Positions 9,455 to 19,779 of a stretch of 64,000 bases of DNA are shown here, one piece after another. The stretch spans positions 608,001-672,000 of the forward strand of contig JAHPZA010000006.1 of NCBI GenBank assembly GCA_019058445.1, read 5' to 3'. The notes beneath the pieces are model-generated. The model was not told the DNA's origin. It saw only the letters and a program-made list of their open reading frames with translations, and ran no database searches. The position numbers were made by a program, and so were the translations under genes. The stretch is from Promethearchaeota archaeon. GTDB lineage: Archaea; Asgardarchaeota; Lokiarchaeia; Sigyniarchaeales; SOKP01. How positions within the stretch are numbered: position 1 is the first letter of the stretch; each line of letters opens with the position of its first letter.

Positions 9455-10096
9455 GTGGTGAATATTGGCTTACTTGGAGATATTAGTGTTGGAAAAACGA
9501 GTCTTTTAAGATTGTTTGTACGATACTTAAATAAAGGAGATATTGAAAACGTCGAAGGTGGAAAGAAGTGTACCGTAGTCAAAACAGACTTCAGCGGGGA
9601 AGCTACTCTTCCAGGCGGCGAAAAGGAAGATAAACTCAATCAAAAAGAAACAAAAACAATCCATCCAAACAGAGTCGTTTTTAGAGAGGACGACACCAAT
9701 AAAGCACACACCATCTTCGGACCTGGGGGGGATGTTAACCGGGCAGTTGTGAAGATGGGCGTTATAACAATATCCCGCATAGCTACGCAGATTATTGCCG
9801 TGTTTTCATGTGATAGAGAGATAAAAACTCAATTTGAATTTTTTAACGACATTCGATTCTTTCCAGATCAAATCTATGCCTGTATAAACAAAATAGACTT
9901 AATTGAGGGTAATAAAACCCAAGTAAAAAAGACAGTCGAAGATATGAAAAAGGAAATTGAAGCCTTTTTCAAGTCAAAGAAAATCGCAGTCAAAGATTTT
10001 TTTGTTACCTGTGGCGAGACCGTGGAAGGCTTTGAAGATATTGAATCCTATAACGACCAAGTTGCGCAAATGATATTGCAAATAACTTCTGAATAA
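9455..10096 (+). CDS. Small GTPase-like protein (MglA/Arf-like)
   Basis: GDISVGKT P-loop, GPGG at G3 position, NKID. Confidence 0.8.
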   Translation: MVNIGLLGDISVGKTSLLRLFVRYLNKGDIENVEGGKKCTVVKTDFSGEATLPGGEKEDKLNQKETKTIHPNRVVFREDDTNKAHTIFGPGGDVNRAVVKMGVITISRIATQIIAVFSCDREIKTQFEFFNDIRFFPDQIYACINKIDLIEGNKTQVKKTVEDMKKEIEAFFKSKKIAVKDFFVTCGETVEGFEDIESYNDQVAQMILQITSE

Positions 10097-10344
10097 TAAG
10101 TTTTTTTCTTCTTTCTTAAACTAAATAAAAATTATCTTTTTCATAAAGGAATAAACTTCAGTTAAGTTATAGATTTATTATAGCTTTCTCTAGCTCTGTT
10201 ATATAATTCTATTGCATTGTTTTCATGCATGCAATAAGGTAATTGCTAAATTTTACCTCTTTCAGAGTTCCAAATTTTTCTTTAAATACAACGAAAGGAA
10301 TTTAGTTTCATAAACAAACAAATAAATATTTAGCAAGATAAAGA

Positions 10345-10710
10345 ATGACAGAATCAGAAGGGATTAATCTGGAAATTAAAGAAATTGAAGAGGGATTCCC
10401 TGTATATTATACTAATGATAAAGGGAACAGTATATTTGGGGATGATCATAGAATAATGATGGTAGATGATATTTACAAGATGAAAGGCATTAATTCAGAC
10501 CTAATTTTCGGACGTTGGCAGGCAAAATTTTATCATTTTTTCGAAAAAAATAATGGAATAGCTTTTACAGTGAATGCGTTTATTGACAACTTTTTTGAAG
10601 AGGAATTACAAGCTGATGAAAAATTCGTCGAAGATGAGTTAAATAAAATGGTAAAGGACAAAAAAATTAAGGGTGTATATTTAAACGGACATTATTATTA
10701 TCATTTCTAA
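10345..10710 (+). CDS. Hypothetical protein
   Basis: 121-aa acidic ORF. Confidence 0.6.
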   Translation: MTESEGINLEIKEIEEGFPVYYTNDKGNSIFGDDHRIMMVDDIYKMKGINSDLIFGRWQAKFYHFFEKNNGIAFTVNAFIDNFFEEELQADEKFVEDELNKMVKDKKIKGVYLNGHYYYHF

Positions 10711-10784
10711 CATGTAAATTAGAACTATTAGCTAAAAATTCAAAGTATTAATTATTTGGACCTTAAAAATTAATACTGTAATTC

Positions 10785-12509
10785 TCACATTTCAAGATTG
10801 TAAAATGCTGACTGGAGTAATCTAGTAATTTCGTGAGTTTCATACTTCACGACTACGTCTATAACTGCAGGTTTGTTCGAGTTTCTAGCTCGCTCCAAAG
10901 CTGGTTTAATATCATTCGGATCGGTAACTTGCTCTCCATAACACCCAAACCCTTCTGCACATGCTCCGTAATTAAATCCGGAGAATTCAACGTCAATATA
11001 GCGTTGTTTCTTAGCAAATTTCTGGAAGGTTTTCATGGATCCCCACGCATTGTTATTCGCAACTACGTATATTAAATTTTTTAAACCTAACCTTACTGCA
11101 GTTTCTAAATCCTGAACGTTAAACATAAAAGCCCCATCGCCCGCGATGGCAAGTACCTGTTTATCTGGTTTAGCTAATTTAGCCCCTAATCCGTATGGTA
11201 TAGTAACTCCTAGATGCCCCATACAAGCTGAGATAAGAGTTGACAAAGGGGGTCTCGGCTTGTGAAGGTTAATTTGTTCTAATGTAAATGCTTCAATCTC
11301 TCCACCATCGGCGATAAGGATGGCGTCTTCGTCCATAAATTCAAAAACTTGACTTACTAGAAACCTTGAACTAATCGGTTCACTCGCTTTCGATGCCTTA
11401 TTTTTGATATTTGCAATACTGTTCTTTTTAGCTTTAATGAGTTTATCGAGCCACGACCTTTTTTCAACTCTTTCAAAATTTTTGGCGTTCTTAACTATTT
11501 TTTCCAAGAATTTTTTGCAATCGCCTACAATTCCCAAAGTTATAGGTTTATTACGGCCGATCATGGAAGGATCAATATCTACTTGAATTAGTTTCTGGGA
11601 GTTTTTCCAAAAAGGCTCCATACCATGGCCCATAACGAAAGTAAACCGACAACCAAGAGCTAACACCACATCTGCTCTTCTTGCTGCTTGTAAGACGACA
11701 TCATTACCCATTGAAGATCCAATTAAGCATTCAGATGCATTTGAAATCGTTCCTATGCCCATAAAAGTTGTTATCACAGGGATTTGTAAATATTCAGCTA
11801 ACTCTCTTAATTCATCCCATGCCTCTGCTCGTGCAACTCCACCACCCGAAATTATTAATGGTTTTTTCGAGTTTAACAATAAATCTAATGATTTTGATAT
11901 TATAGTATCATCGATACTAGGATTAGAAACTGCTCGGTACTCCTTAGGTGGAACAATTGGGAGATCTTTTTCTTCAACTTTAGATAAAAACGCATCTTCA
12001 TAGATCTCTAATAAAGCCGGTCCAGGTCGATTTCCTGTGGCTTCTCTAAAAGTTTTTTGAACGGCGTATGGAATTTCTTCAAGTTTTAGCACACTCTTTT
12101 GGTATTTAGTAATTGGCTTAAACATGGTTATTTGGTCGAGGTTTCCCTGCAAAGTAAACGAATCCGCATATGTACTATTTACTTGTGGAACAATAACTAT
12201 GAGTGGAATGTTATCACTCCATGCAGTCCCAACTCCTGGAGCTAAATGCAACGCTCCTGGTCCAACTGTACCCATACAAATTCCTGGTTTGTTGGTTACT
12301 CTAGCATACGCATCTGCTGCGTGAGCAGCAGCTTGTTCATGCCGAAATAATACAGTTTTAATGCCTTGTTCCTGACCCCATCGACAAACAGCATCGTATA
12401 CATTTAATAATTGTCCACCAGGAATACCAAACATATATTCTATTCCTTCTTGAAGGAGACACTTTATTAATACATCTCCACCATTCATCATCTCTTTATT
12501 TTGCTCCAA
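10785..12509 (-). CDS. TPP-dependent enzyme, acetolactate synthase / 2-hydroxyacyl-CoA lyase family
   Basis: FGIPGG, RHEQAAAHAADAYAR, GDGAFMF...NN TPP motif. Confidence 0.9.
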   Translation of the reverse strand: MEQNKEMMNGGDVLIKCLLQEGIEYMFGIPGGQLLNVYDAVCRWGQEQGIKTVLFRHEQAAAHAADAYARVTNKPGICMGTVGPGALHLAPGVGTAWSDNIPLIVIVPQVNSTYADSFTLQGNLDQITMFKPITKYQKSVLKLEEIPYAVQKTFREATGNRPGPALLEIYEDAFLSKVEEKDLPIVPPKEYRAVSNPSIDDTIISKSLDLLLNSKKPLIISGGGVARAEAWDELRELAEYLQIPVITTFMGIGTISNASECLIGSSMGNDVVLQAARRADVVLALGCRFTFVMGHGMEPFWKNSQKLIQVDIDPSMIGRNKPITLGIVGDCKKFLEKIVKNAKNFERVEKRSWLDKLIKAKKNSIANIKNKASKASEPISSRFLVSQVFEFMDEDAILIADGGEIEAFTLEQINLHKPRPPLSTLISACMGHLGVTIPYGLGAKLAKPDKQVLAIAGDGAFMFNVQDLETAVRLGLKNLIYVVANNNAWGSMKTFQKFAKKQRYIDVEFSGFNYGACAEGFGCYGEQVTDPNDIKPALERARNSNKPAVIDVVVKYETHEITRLLQSAFYNLEM

Positions 12510-12581
12510 AACTTACACCTTTATTATAAAAACTTGGATGTTAAGGTTAGTTTTAGGGGTATTTAATACTTTTGGAAATAT

Positions 12582-13100
12582 TTATTGCTTTATCTTTAAA
12601 GCTAATTTTACAAAGAGTCTTTCTAGATCAAGTTGATACCCAATTAAAGGAGTAAGATTAATGTGATTTAAATTCCTATCAAACTTCAAATAGCCTTTCT
12701 GCTCTAGTTCTCTTAAATCCTCTATAACACCTTTCTTTTTTCGAATAGTTTGAATTTCAGTAATTTTTGAGATTCCATCAGGATTTTTCAGACAGCAAAC
12801 TATAGTGCAAAATAAAGTGGCTGCTAATCTTGGTTTGTTTTCGAATGGGTTTGCTGAAATAAGATCAGAAACTTCCGAATCATAAGAGATAAACCAATGA
12901 GAGTTAATAGGATTGTATCTGATTTGAAGTCCTAACGGTTCAATATATTTGGATAAATTAATTATTAAATAGTGGAAATGTCCGCTTTTATTTTTGGTTT
13001 TAACATTAAGAGTATGAAAAATTTCGCTCTTAGTAGCACCTATTACATACAAATTATTTTTATTGCTCAACATATGCATTAATATTGATATTTCATTCAT
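12582..13100 (-). CDS. KITE subunit (Nse1/Nse3/ScpB-like tandem winged helix)
   Basis: Last gene of SMC-kleisin operon; LIINLSKYIEPLGLQIR and LRELEQKGYL..LTP resemble Nse1 WH segments. Confidence 0.6.
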   Translation of the reverse strand: MNEISILMHMLSNKNNLYVIGATKSEIFHTLNVKTKNKSGHFHYLIINLSKYIEPLGLQIRYNPINSHWFISYDSEVSDLISANPFENKPRLAATLFCTIVCCLKNPDGISKITEIQTIRKKKGVIEDLRELEQKGYLKFDRNLNHINLTPLIGYQLDLERLFVKLALKIKQ

Positions 13101-13118
13101 TTTTTTATTTCCTCCCTA

Positions 13119-13766
13119 TTATAAATAGATTACATTAGTTTCTTTTAGATATTTTAGTGTACCTAATTGGAGTAAATGCAAAAGATACACAAAATTTTCA
13201 TAAATAACTTCTTGTTCTGTATAATCTTCAAAAATATCTTCAAGTGAGCAAGGCAATTTTGTTCGAATGGAGTTAAAAAATTTCATCATTTTTTCGGTAA
13301 ATTTATGTTTCGGTATTTCTAATAGAAAATTATTTTTAATTTTACCTTTGCGTAGATGCTCAATTGCTATTGGATCCCCTCTGTCAATACTTAATCTATT
13401 TTGACTTAATTCTAAGAAGTCCAGTGAGAGTGCGTCAATTGTGAATAATTCTATCCAACATTCATTTAAAAGGGCATATATTTCTAAATCAGAAGGATTT
13501 GAATTTAGATAATTTAGAAACTGTTTTTCAGATTCTAAAGAGCTGAGCATCGATCTTAATTCATCAAATTTTTGATTGAGTAGAATGCAGGCATTTTTAT
13601 AAGTTTCTGAACTTTTTTCAAGATTTTGGACGGTTAAAGAGTCTTTTAATTCATCAAATAATGGAACTAATTCAAAATCAAGTAATTTAATATCTCCCGA
13701 AAGAATTTTTTTTTGGATATCATCTATTCTTTCATTTAGCTCATGAGTAATATCCTTAACTGTCAT
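13119..13766 (-). CDS. Kleisin (ScpA/Nse4-like)
   Basis: C-terminal kleisin winged helix ENFVYLLHLLQLGTL; 3 bp downstream of SMC. Confidence 0.7.
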   Translation of the reverse strand: MTVKDITHELNERIDDIQKKILSGDIKLLDFELVPLFDELKDSLTVQNLEKSSETYKNACILLNQKFDELRSMLSSLESEKQFLNYLNSNPSDLEIYALLNECWIELFTIDALSLDFLELSQNRLSIDRGDPIAIEHLRKGKIKNNFLLEIPKHKFTEKMMKFFNSIRTKLPCSLEDIFEDYTEQEVIYENFVYLLHLLQLGTLKYLKETNVIYL

Positions 13767-13769
13767 ATT

Positions 13770-16700
13770 TCACTCTTTTCGAATTACTTTCGGTTTAAAT
13801 ATAGTAGAAACTTCATCTTTACCTGTCCTTGCAACACCTATTAATTTTTCTGCAAGGAGATATAAGGCATTTGATGATTTCGGTAAGAAGATTATCATCT
13901 GGATATTTGGATTTTCGTTAAGAGTGGACTCTATCATTTGATATGCAACTTCTGAATTTTTATCATCGAGAAACATCGCTGCCTCATCTAACATGCAAAG
14001 TGGGGAGGGTTTTAATTCTTGGAGAGAAAGTATCAAACAAATTGAGATCATAGAAACTTGACCCCCACTTAATGCTGTACAGGATCGTAATTGATTTTTT
14101 GAAAGTGCCGCTTTTATTTCTACTCCTAAATTCTCAAAATCACCTATTAATTCTAGAGAACAATAGGCTTTAATTTCAGAGGATTTGAATTTATGATTTA
14201 TTTTCGTTTTTAAATCGTTCAGAACGTTTTCAAATTTAGTATAATAGGTATCTTCCATTTTATTTTCGGTCTTTATCGCAGCATCAATGTCTTTTTCGAT
14301 ATCTTTTTGATTGCTTGCAATATCCTTTAACCCAGTTACGATTTGGTCACGTTCAACAAGGAGCGAATCATCAATATCTAAAAATTTGATTAAATCTTTG
14401 TCGATTTTTAATATATCCATCTGTACTTCTTCTATAGACCTTAATTTAATCTTTTTTTCTGTAATTAAAGGGCCAATTTGTGAATTGATTCGATCTAAAT
14501 CTTCCTTTTTCGCATCTAACTTTTGTCCTATATAATTTAAACGAATGTTTTCCTGCTCAAGCTGGACATTGATTTGAATGTTGTTAATATCAAACGTTTT
14601 TTTCTTCTCTTGAATATCCAGCTTTTTTTCATTTAAATCTACTATTTTTTTCTCTACTTCAGATATTTTATCTTCTAACTTCCCTAATTTATTGTAGATA
14701 GCGTATGCTTCTTTATGCCGTTTTTTTAGATCCTCATCTTTAGTCTTAAATTCATGATTTAACAGGGAAATAGTATGATTTTGTGCATTTATCTTATTTT
14801 CAACTTCGCTTAAAATTTGTTGATTTTCTGTATGTTTTATATTCCATTTCTTTTTTTCACTATTGTATACTTTAAGCTCCGTAGGGATTTCTTTAATGCG
14901 ATCATTCCACTTAAAAAATTGAGGGCTAGTTTTGGATTGAATATCTTCTATTTTAAGCTCCAATTCTTTTATGTCATTCTGGAATTCAGCATTTTTATTT
15001 TCTAAAACAGTGCGATCTTTAAAAAGTCTATTCTTCTTGGCTGTGAGGCGTTGCTTTTGGCTAAAGATATATGCTAGATCGTGATATGCCTCTTTTTTTC
15101 TTAGAGTTTCTCGTTCCTCTTTATCAAATTTAGATAAATTTACATCACATTCTAAAATCTGTTCCTTTAAAGATTCAATTTCTAATTCTAATTTGTTGGC
15201 TTGTTCTCTCTGTGTACCTGCACTCAATAATCCTTTTAAGGGTCTTATATAGGGAGTTTCATATACATACTTATATGAGGTTATTTGTTTTCCTTTTAAT
15301 GTTACGCATTTACCTTTAAAATTATAATTCTTGTATAGTTCCACTCCACTACGATAATCTTGAACTACCATACAATTCCTAACTTTAGAATAAAGTACTT
15401 TTTTAATGTCCTGATCATTATCAATAACATCAATTAAATCTATTAAATATCCAATTGCGCCCTTGGTTGTAATTGGAGGATATTTGCTAATATTAATCTT
15501 TTTAGGAGTATAAATATTACAAATAGCCCTATTGTTGTCTCTTAATCTCTGCATTAGGGTCATTGTTTCCCAGTCTTCAGCAATAAAACTAAATAATAAT
15601 CGTTCCCCTAACACAGACTCAATAGCATAGCTTAAAGAATCTTCATACTTTAAATATTCGACTATCGGCCCTTTAACTCTTAAATCACGTCGTCTTATTT
15701 CTTCTTTAAGCAGTTCTATATTTGATTTAAAAGGATAAATAATTTTTCTTTTCCTAAGAGATTCTTGGAGATGATTAAATTTTTTTAATTTTTTATATCT
15801 CTCTTGTTCTAATTGTTCCTTTTTAAGCTGAATTGAAAATTGTCTAGAATTGATTTCTCTATGTCGGTTGTCAAGCTTTTTTAAAAGATTTTCTGTTTGG
15901 TCTTCTAAAAACCATTTATTTTGATCAAGTTTATGGTCAATATCATCGAGACCTTGGAATATTTGCTGAGTTTCATTATTAATTTTTTTAATTTCATCCT
16001 TATTTGCTAAAATTTCTTTTAGTTTACTTTCTTTTTCTGAGACTATTTGATTAAATTGTTCCACAAATTCTATATTACGGTTAATTTTTTTCTGTAAATC
16101 ATCTTGTTCCTTAATCAAATCGTCAAGATGTAGTTCAATACTATTGATTTTTTCTTTAATTAATTTAATCTCTTGAGTTAAGCTCTTTTTTTGATTCTTA
16201 TAGTTTTTAAGTTGTTTCTTCTCTTTGCTAATTTTCCCAGTTAAGTTTTTTAAATCTTGGGTAATCATAATTTCGTCTGATTGCCATTTTTTAACTTCCG
16301 CGATTAAATCTTTTCTTTTTTGCTGATGTTGCCCCAACTTGCTGTTAAGATAATTTATAATTTGATCTGTATTAAAAACCTTAGCCTCTAATTTTTGAAC
16401 TTCCCTATCCACCTTTTCCTTTTTGACTTTTATCTCATCAATTTCTACTTTAGCTTTAGAGAAGTCTCTTTGAAGATATTTAATTTCTTCTTTTAATTTA
16501 TGTCTATTAGCCCACAATAGTTCATCTTCATATTTTCTTTTAACCTCTAAGAGTTTATGTTTTTGTTCTAATCGCTCAAGTTTGGGTTGTAAGAGATCTA
16601 AGCTAATATTCAACACATTTTTTTTACTCTTTAAGGCATTTAATTCGTTATTTAAATTCATAACGCTATGCTTCTGTTGTAAGATCTCATCTCTGAGGCT

Positions 16701-17210
16701 TTTTAGTCCAATTCCCTCCTCAAGAAAATTGCATAATTCTGTAGGTTTGAGGTTTTTGATGGCATCAATTTTACCCTGGCTAACAAACGCAAAATGGTTA
16801 TCGGGATTATACTTAAAATCACTAATAAGTTTTTGAACTTCTAATACTTGGGCTTTTCTAAAATCTTTATCATTTTTACTTTTAATTAAGAAATGTGGCG
16901 ACTGACCTCTAATGACAGTTCTTCTAATTTTTATCAATTCATGGTCCTTTTGGATATGAAGCTCAACCATGGCATGGTTTTGTCCAAGCCTTATAAAATC
17001 CGACCACTTTTTATAGCGCTCATCTCTTTCATTACTTCCCAAAGCAAATTTAATTGCCTGAAAAATAGAAGTTTTACCAGACCAATTAGGTCCAATCACA
17101 AGTATGAATTTTTTATCGTCAAAAGTTACCTCATCCCTTTTAAAACTTAGAAAATTCTCTAAGATCACTTTTCTAATAAAAACTTCATTTTTTTGGGATT
17201 GGGCAGCCAT
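13770..17210 (-). CDS. smc: SMC ATPase, SMC5/6-related
   Basis: Walker A GPNWSGKT, Q-loop FVSQG, coiled coil-hinge (VKGPIVEYL..YAIESVLG)-coiled coil, LSGGQ signature, Walker B MLDE. Confidence 0.9.
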   Translation of the reverse strand: MAAQSQKNEVFIRKVILENFLSFKRDEVTFDDKKFILVIGPNWSGKTSIFQAIKFALGSNERDERYKKWSDFIRLGQNHAMVELHIQKDHELIKIRRTVIRGQSPHFLIKSKNDKDFRKAQVLEVQKLISDFKYNPDNHFAFVSQGKIDAIKNLKPTELCNFLEEGIGLKSLRDEILQQKHSVMNLNNELNALKSKKNVLNISLDLLQPKLERLEQKHKLLEVKRKYEDELLWANRHKLKEEIKYLQRDFSKAKVEIDEIKVKKEKVDREVQKLEAKVFNTDQIINYLNSKLGQHQQKRKDLIAEVKKWQSDEIMITQDLKNLTGKISKEKKQLKNYKNQKKSLTQEIKLIKEKINSIELHLDDLIKEQDDLQKKINRNIEFVEQFNQIVSEKESKLKEILANKDEIKKINNETQQIFQGLDDIDHKLDQNKWFLEDQTENLLKKLDNRHREINSRQFSIQLKKEQLEQERYKKLKKFNHLQESLRKRKIIYPFKSNIELLKEEIRRRDLRVKGPIVEYLKYEDSLSYAIESVLGERLLFSFIAEDWETMTLMQRLRDNNRAICNIYTPKKINISKYPPITTKGAIGYLIDLIDVIDNDQDIKKVLYSKVRNCMVVQDYRSGVELYKNYNFKGKCVTLKGKQITSYKYVYETPYIRPLKGLLSAGTQREQANKLELEIESLKEQILECDVNLSKFDKEERETLRKKEAYHDLAYIFSQKQRLTAKKNRLFKDRTVLENKNAEFQNDIKELELKIEDIQSKTSPQFFKWNDRIKEIPTELKVYNSEKKKWNIKHTENQQILSEVENKINAQNHTISLLNHEFKTKDEDLKKRHKEAYAIYNKLGKLEDKISEVEKKIVDLNEKKLDIQEKKKTFDINNIQINVQLEQENIRLNYIGQKLDAKKEDLDRINSQIGPLITEKKIKLRSIEEVQMDILKIDKDLIKFLDIDDSLLVERDQIVTGLKDIASNQKDIEKDIDAAIKTENKMEDTYYTKFENVLNDLKTKINHKFKSSEIKAYCSLELIGDFENLGVEIKAALSKNQLRSCTALSGGQVSMISICLILSLQELKPSPLCMLDEAAMFLDDKNSEVAYQMIESTLNENPNIQMIIFLPKSSNALYLLAEKLIGVARTGKDEVSTIFKPKVIRKE

Positions 17211-17230
17211 ATTTATAACCTCACACTATT

Positions 17231-18496
17231 TTATTTGCCAAAAGCTCTCTTTATTAGATCAACACGTTTTTTTGCTTTCTCTAAATTAATCTGTGCCATG
17301 CTAGGGGAATCATTTAATATAAAAGGATATTTTGCTACTAATTTTCTCTCATTATCTTCAAGAACTTCCTTTTTATTCAATTTATCAATAATTATCAATA
17401 ATTCATTATAATTCTTTGATGCCGCATTTTCATAGAGTTGATTTATCATGAATTCTGAAACGGACTCTTCTCTAATTTCGGTTAAATATTCATTTTTTTT
17501 TTCCACTAAATCTTTTCGATTATCTAAAATTTTGATATCTTCTTTCATACTAACCTTTGTATTATGCGTCATCCCTATTGAATTATTACTTTCTGGAGTC
17601 GCAAACGCTGTTGATAATATATATTCACCTGATTCAATTATATTAAGCAAAGTATCAGTAATTTCATTACTGATATCATTAAGATCCGCATTTAAAAAAT
17701 GTTTGAAAATACCCATTTTTAATAGTTGTTTAATATCATTAACTTCCCAATTTTCAGTGTATTTTACAAGTGTGTGAATATCAAACACAATTTTTGAATT
17801 CTTTTCTGCAAAATCTTTTAGGTAGGTTTCTCGCTCCACACTATTTAGAAATGGAATTTTAATAAAGAGATCAAATACATTAAATATTCTTTCTGAAATG
17901 TGCACTAGTTCTTCATAATCGTAATTTAGCCAAACAAGTATAGAATTATTATTGATAAAATTAAATTTTCTATTTTTATTATAAAATAAATCTAAAAAAT
18001 TATCTAAAATACTTATATTTTGCAAACTGTCATTCAATTTAGGTTTCTGATTGATTAAAATTAACTTTTTATTGATAGTTTCATCATTTTTAGAATCCTT
18101 GTGTTTTGCATTTTTAGGTTGCTGTGTAGATCTATCCTCTATCGGTTTATTAAAATAATCTACGATTTCAGCAAAGCAATTTAAAAACTCTTTAGGACTA
18201 TTTAATACCTCAGCATTATCTAATTCAAAATACTCTAAATAATAATTACTTGAAATTAATTTAAAAAAGTCAATAATATCCGTACCGGGATTTAAATTTA
18301 TTAGAAGCCCTCCTTTTGGATCTAGATAATTAAAAAGTTCTAATTCCTGGGAATTGGAAACTACAAGCTTTATAAAATTAATTATTTCATTATACTTATC
18401 CCGATAAAAGAGACTATTCTTATCAATATGAATCTCTGAAGGTGAATACCTTTGAAAAAATCTTAAGAATTCCGTATTGCTTTTTAATTCTGTCAT
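17231..18496 (-). CDS. Degenerate (probably inactive) AAA+ ATPase-like protein
   Basis: PKGGLLINLNPGTD at Walker A position (no GKT), FDLFIKIPFLNSVERETYL, FDIHTLVKYTENWEVNDIKQL lid pattern. Confidence 0.6.
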   Translation of the reverse strand: MTELKSNTEFLRFFQRYSPSEIHIDKNSLFYRDKYNEIINFIKLVVSNSQELELFNYLDPKGGLLINLNPGTDIIDFFKLISSNYYLEYFELDNAEVLNSPKEFLNCFAEIVDYFNKPIEDRSTQQPKNAKHKDSKNDETINKKLILINQKPKLNDSLQNISILDNFLDLFYNKNRKFNFINNNSILVWLNYDYEELVHISERIFNVFDLFIKIPFLNSVERETYLKDFAEKNSKIVFDIHTLVKYTENWEVNDIKQLLKMGIFKHFLNADLNDISNEITDTLLNIIESGEYILSTAFATPESNNSIGMTHNTKVSMKEDIKILDNRKDLVEKKNEYLTEIREESVSEFMINQLYENAASKNYNELLIIIDKLNKKEVLEDNERKLVAKYPFILNDSPSMAQINLEKAKKRVDLIKRAFGK

Positions 18497-18734
18497 TTAT
18501 ATATTAACTTCACTTTTTTCTTTCTTTTTTGGATATTAATTTAATGCAAAACCGCATATATAAAATGATTGCTTGCTCAATTATCACTTATATATTTTAC
18601 GGTAAACATTCTTCCGACAATAAATAGCATACTTATATCCTCTATAACAATAGTTTACTTAATGTTATAGTATATCTATAATGTGTAGAGGGTAATGATT
18701 TTATAATACTGAATAAATGAATCATTTCTAGTCC

Positions 18735-18946
18735 TTAAATAGAATTAAATATTTTATTCAATATTTTTAAAAATACTGTAATTGTTCCTTTGTTAATCCG
18801 TAATAAGAATAACTCCCTTTTTTCCAACTCTTTATTAAATTTACTTTCTCTAATTTTCTAAGATGATGAGATATCGTAGATTTTGATTTATAAAGGTATT
18901 CTGAACAAAAACATTTTGTAGGAAAATTTAAATTTTCATGACTCAC
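18735..18946 (-). pseudogene. Truncated, frameshifted ArsR-family fragment, paralog of 19780..20184
   Basis: Reads KSKSTISHHLRKLEKVNLIKSWKKGSYSYYGL, then a 1-nt deletion; DNA closely matches 19785-19945. Confidence 0.8.
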
Positions 18947-19005
18947 TCCCTTATATCCAATTGGTTTCCCTCAACAATTACATGTTTTAATTTCTTTATT
19001 ATAAT

Positions 19006-19539
19006 TTAAATTAGATGTGCTTTTTCAGCTAATATATAGGCCATTTTAGAGAAAATGTTTTGAACATTTTCACCCGTTTTAGCAGAACTTTCGATATAAT
19101 CGCAAATTTTATGCTCAATTGCTAAGTCAATTGCCTCGTTCATAAGGATGGATCGTTTTTGGTTTAAATCTACTTTACTTCCAATCATAATAATAGGAAC
19201 ATCATCCTTTGCATCATTTAATCCTTTTTTAAATAGTGTGAGCCATTCATTTATATTTTTAAAACTTGTGCGTCTCGTAAGATCAAACATGATAATCCCT
19301 CCAGATGCTCCTTTTACATAATCAGGAAGAAGATGTCTAAATCTTTTCTCCCCTGCAAAATCCCAGATTTGTAAAGTAATCTTGTGATCTAGAATTTCTA
19401 TAATATCAATGAAAAATTCAACTCCAAGTGTCATATTTAAATTATCCTTAAAATTCCCAGTAATGTACCGAGTCAATAAGGAAGTTTTTCCAACTCCTCC
19501 GTCTCCAAATATGCATACTTTGAAATAATTATTAATCAT
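19006..19539 (-). CDS. Rab-like small GTPase
   Basis: GDGGVGKT, TLGVEF, WDFAGE, SKVD, SAK; no prenylation Cys. Confidence 0.92.
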   Translation of the reverse strand: MINNYFKVCIFGDGGVGKTSLLTRYITGNFKDNLNMTLGVEFFIDIIEILDHKITLQIWDFAGEKRFRHLLPDYVKGASGGIIMFDLTRRTSFKNINEWLTLFKKGLNDAKDDVPIIMIGSKVDLNQKRSILMNEAIDLAIEHKICDYIESSAKTGENVQNIFSKMAYILAEKAHLI

Positions 19540-19779
19540 TATGAATTCGCTAGAAAATTTCTAAAAAAATTAACCTTTAACCCAAATTTTACAAAAATGT
19601 TATCAATTTTTTATAAGAATAGCACTCTTTTAAACCTTCTTATCATTAATTTTGGGTGATTATAAAATTCATTGATGGTGAGAGTTTTAATAGATGATTG
19701 AAATCACTAAAAATATGAATCAAATAGAGAGAATTGAAATAATAAATTTTATTTTATTGAATGAATTAATCGTTTTTAA

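Noticed and set aside
10211-10235. ATTGCAT...ATGCAAT inverted repeat resembling the 4165 motif
   Set aside because: Short and AT-rich; could be chance
12582-18496. Wadjet/MksBEFG defence system
   Set aside because: No JetD/toprim nuclease; SMC motifs are not MukB/JetC-like
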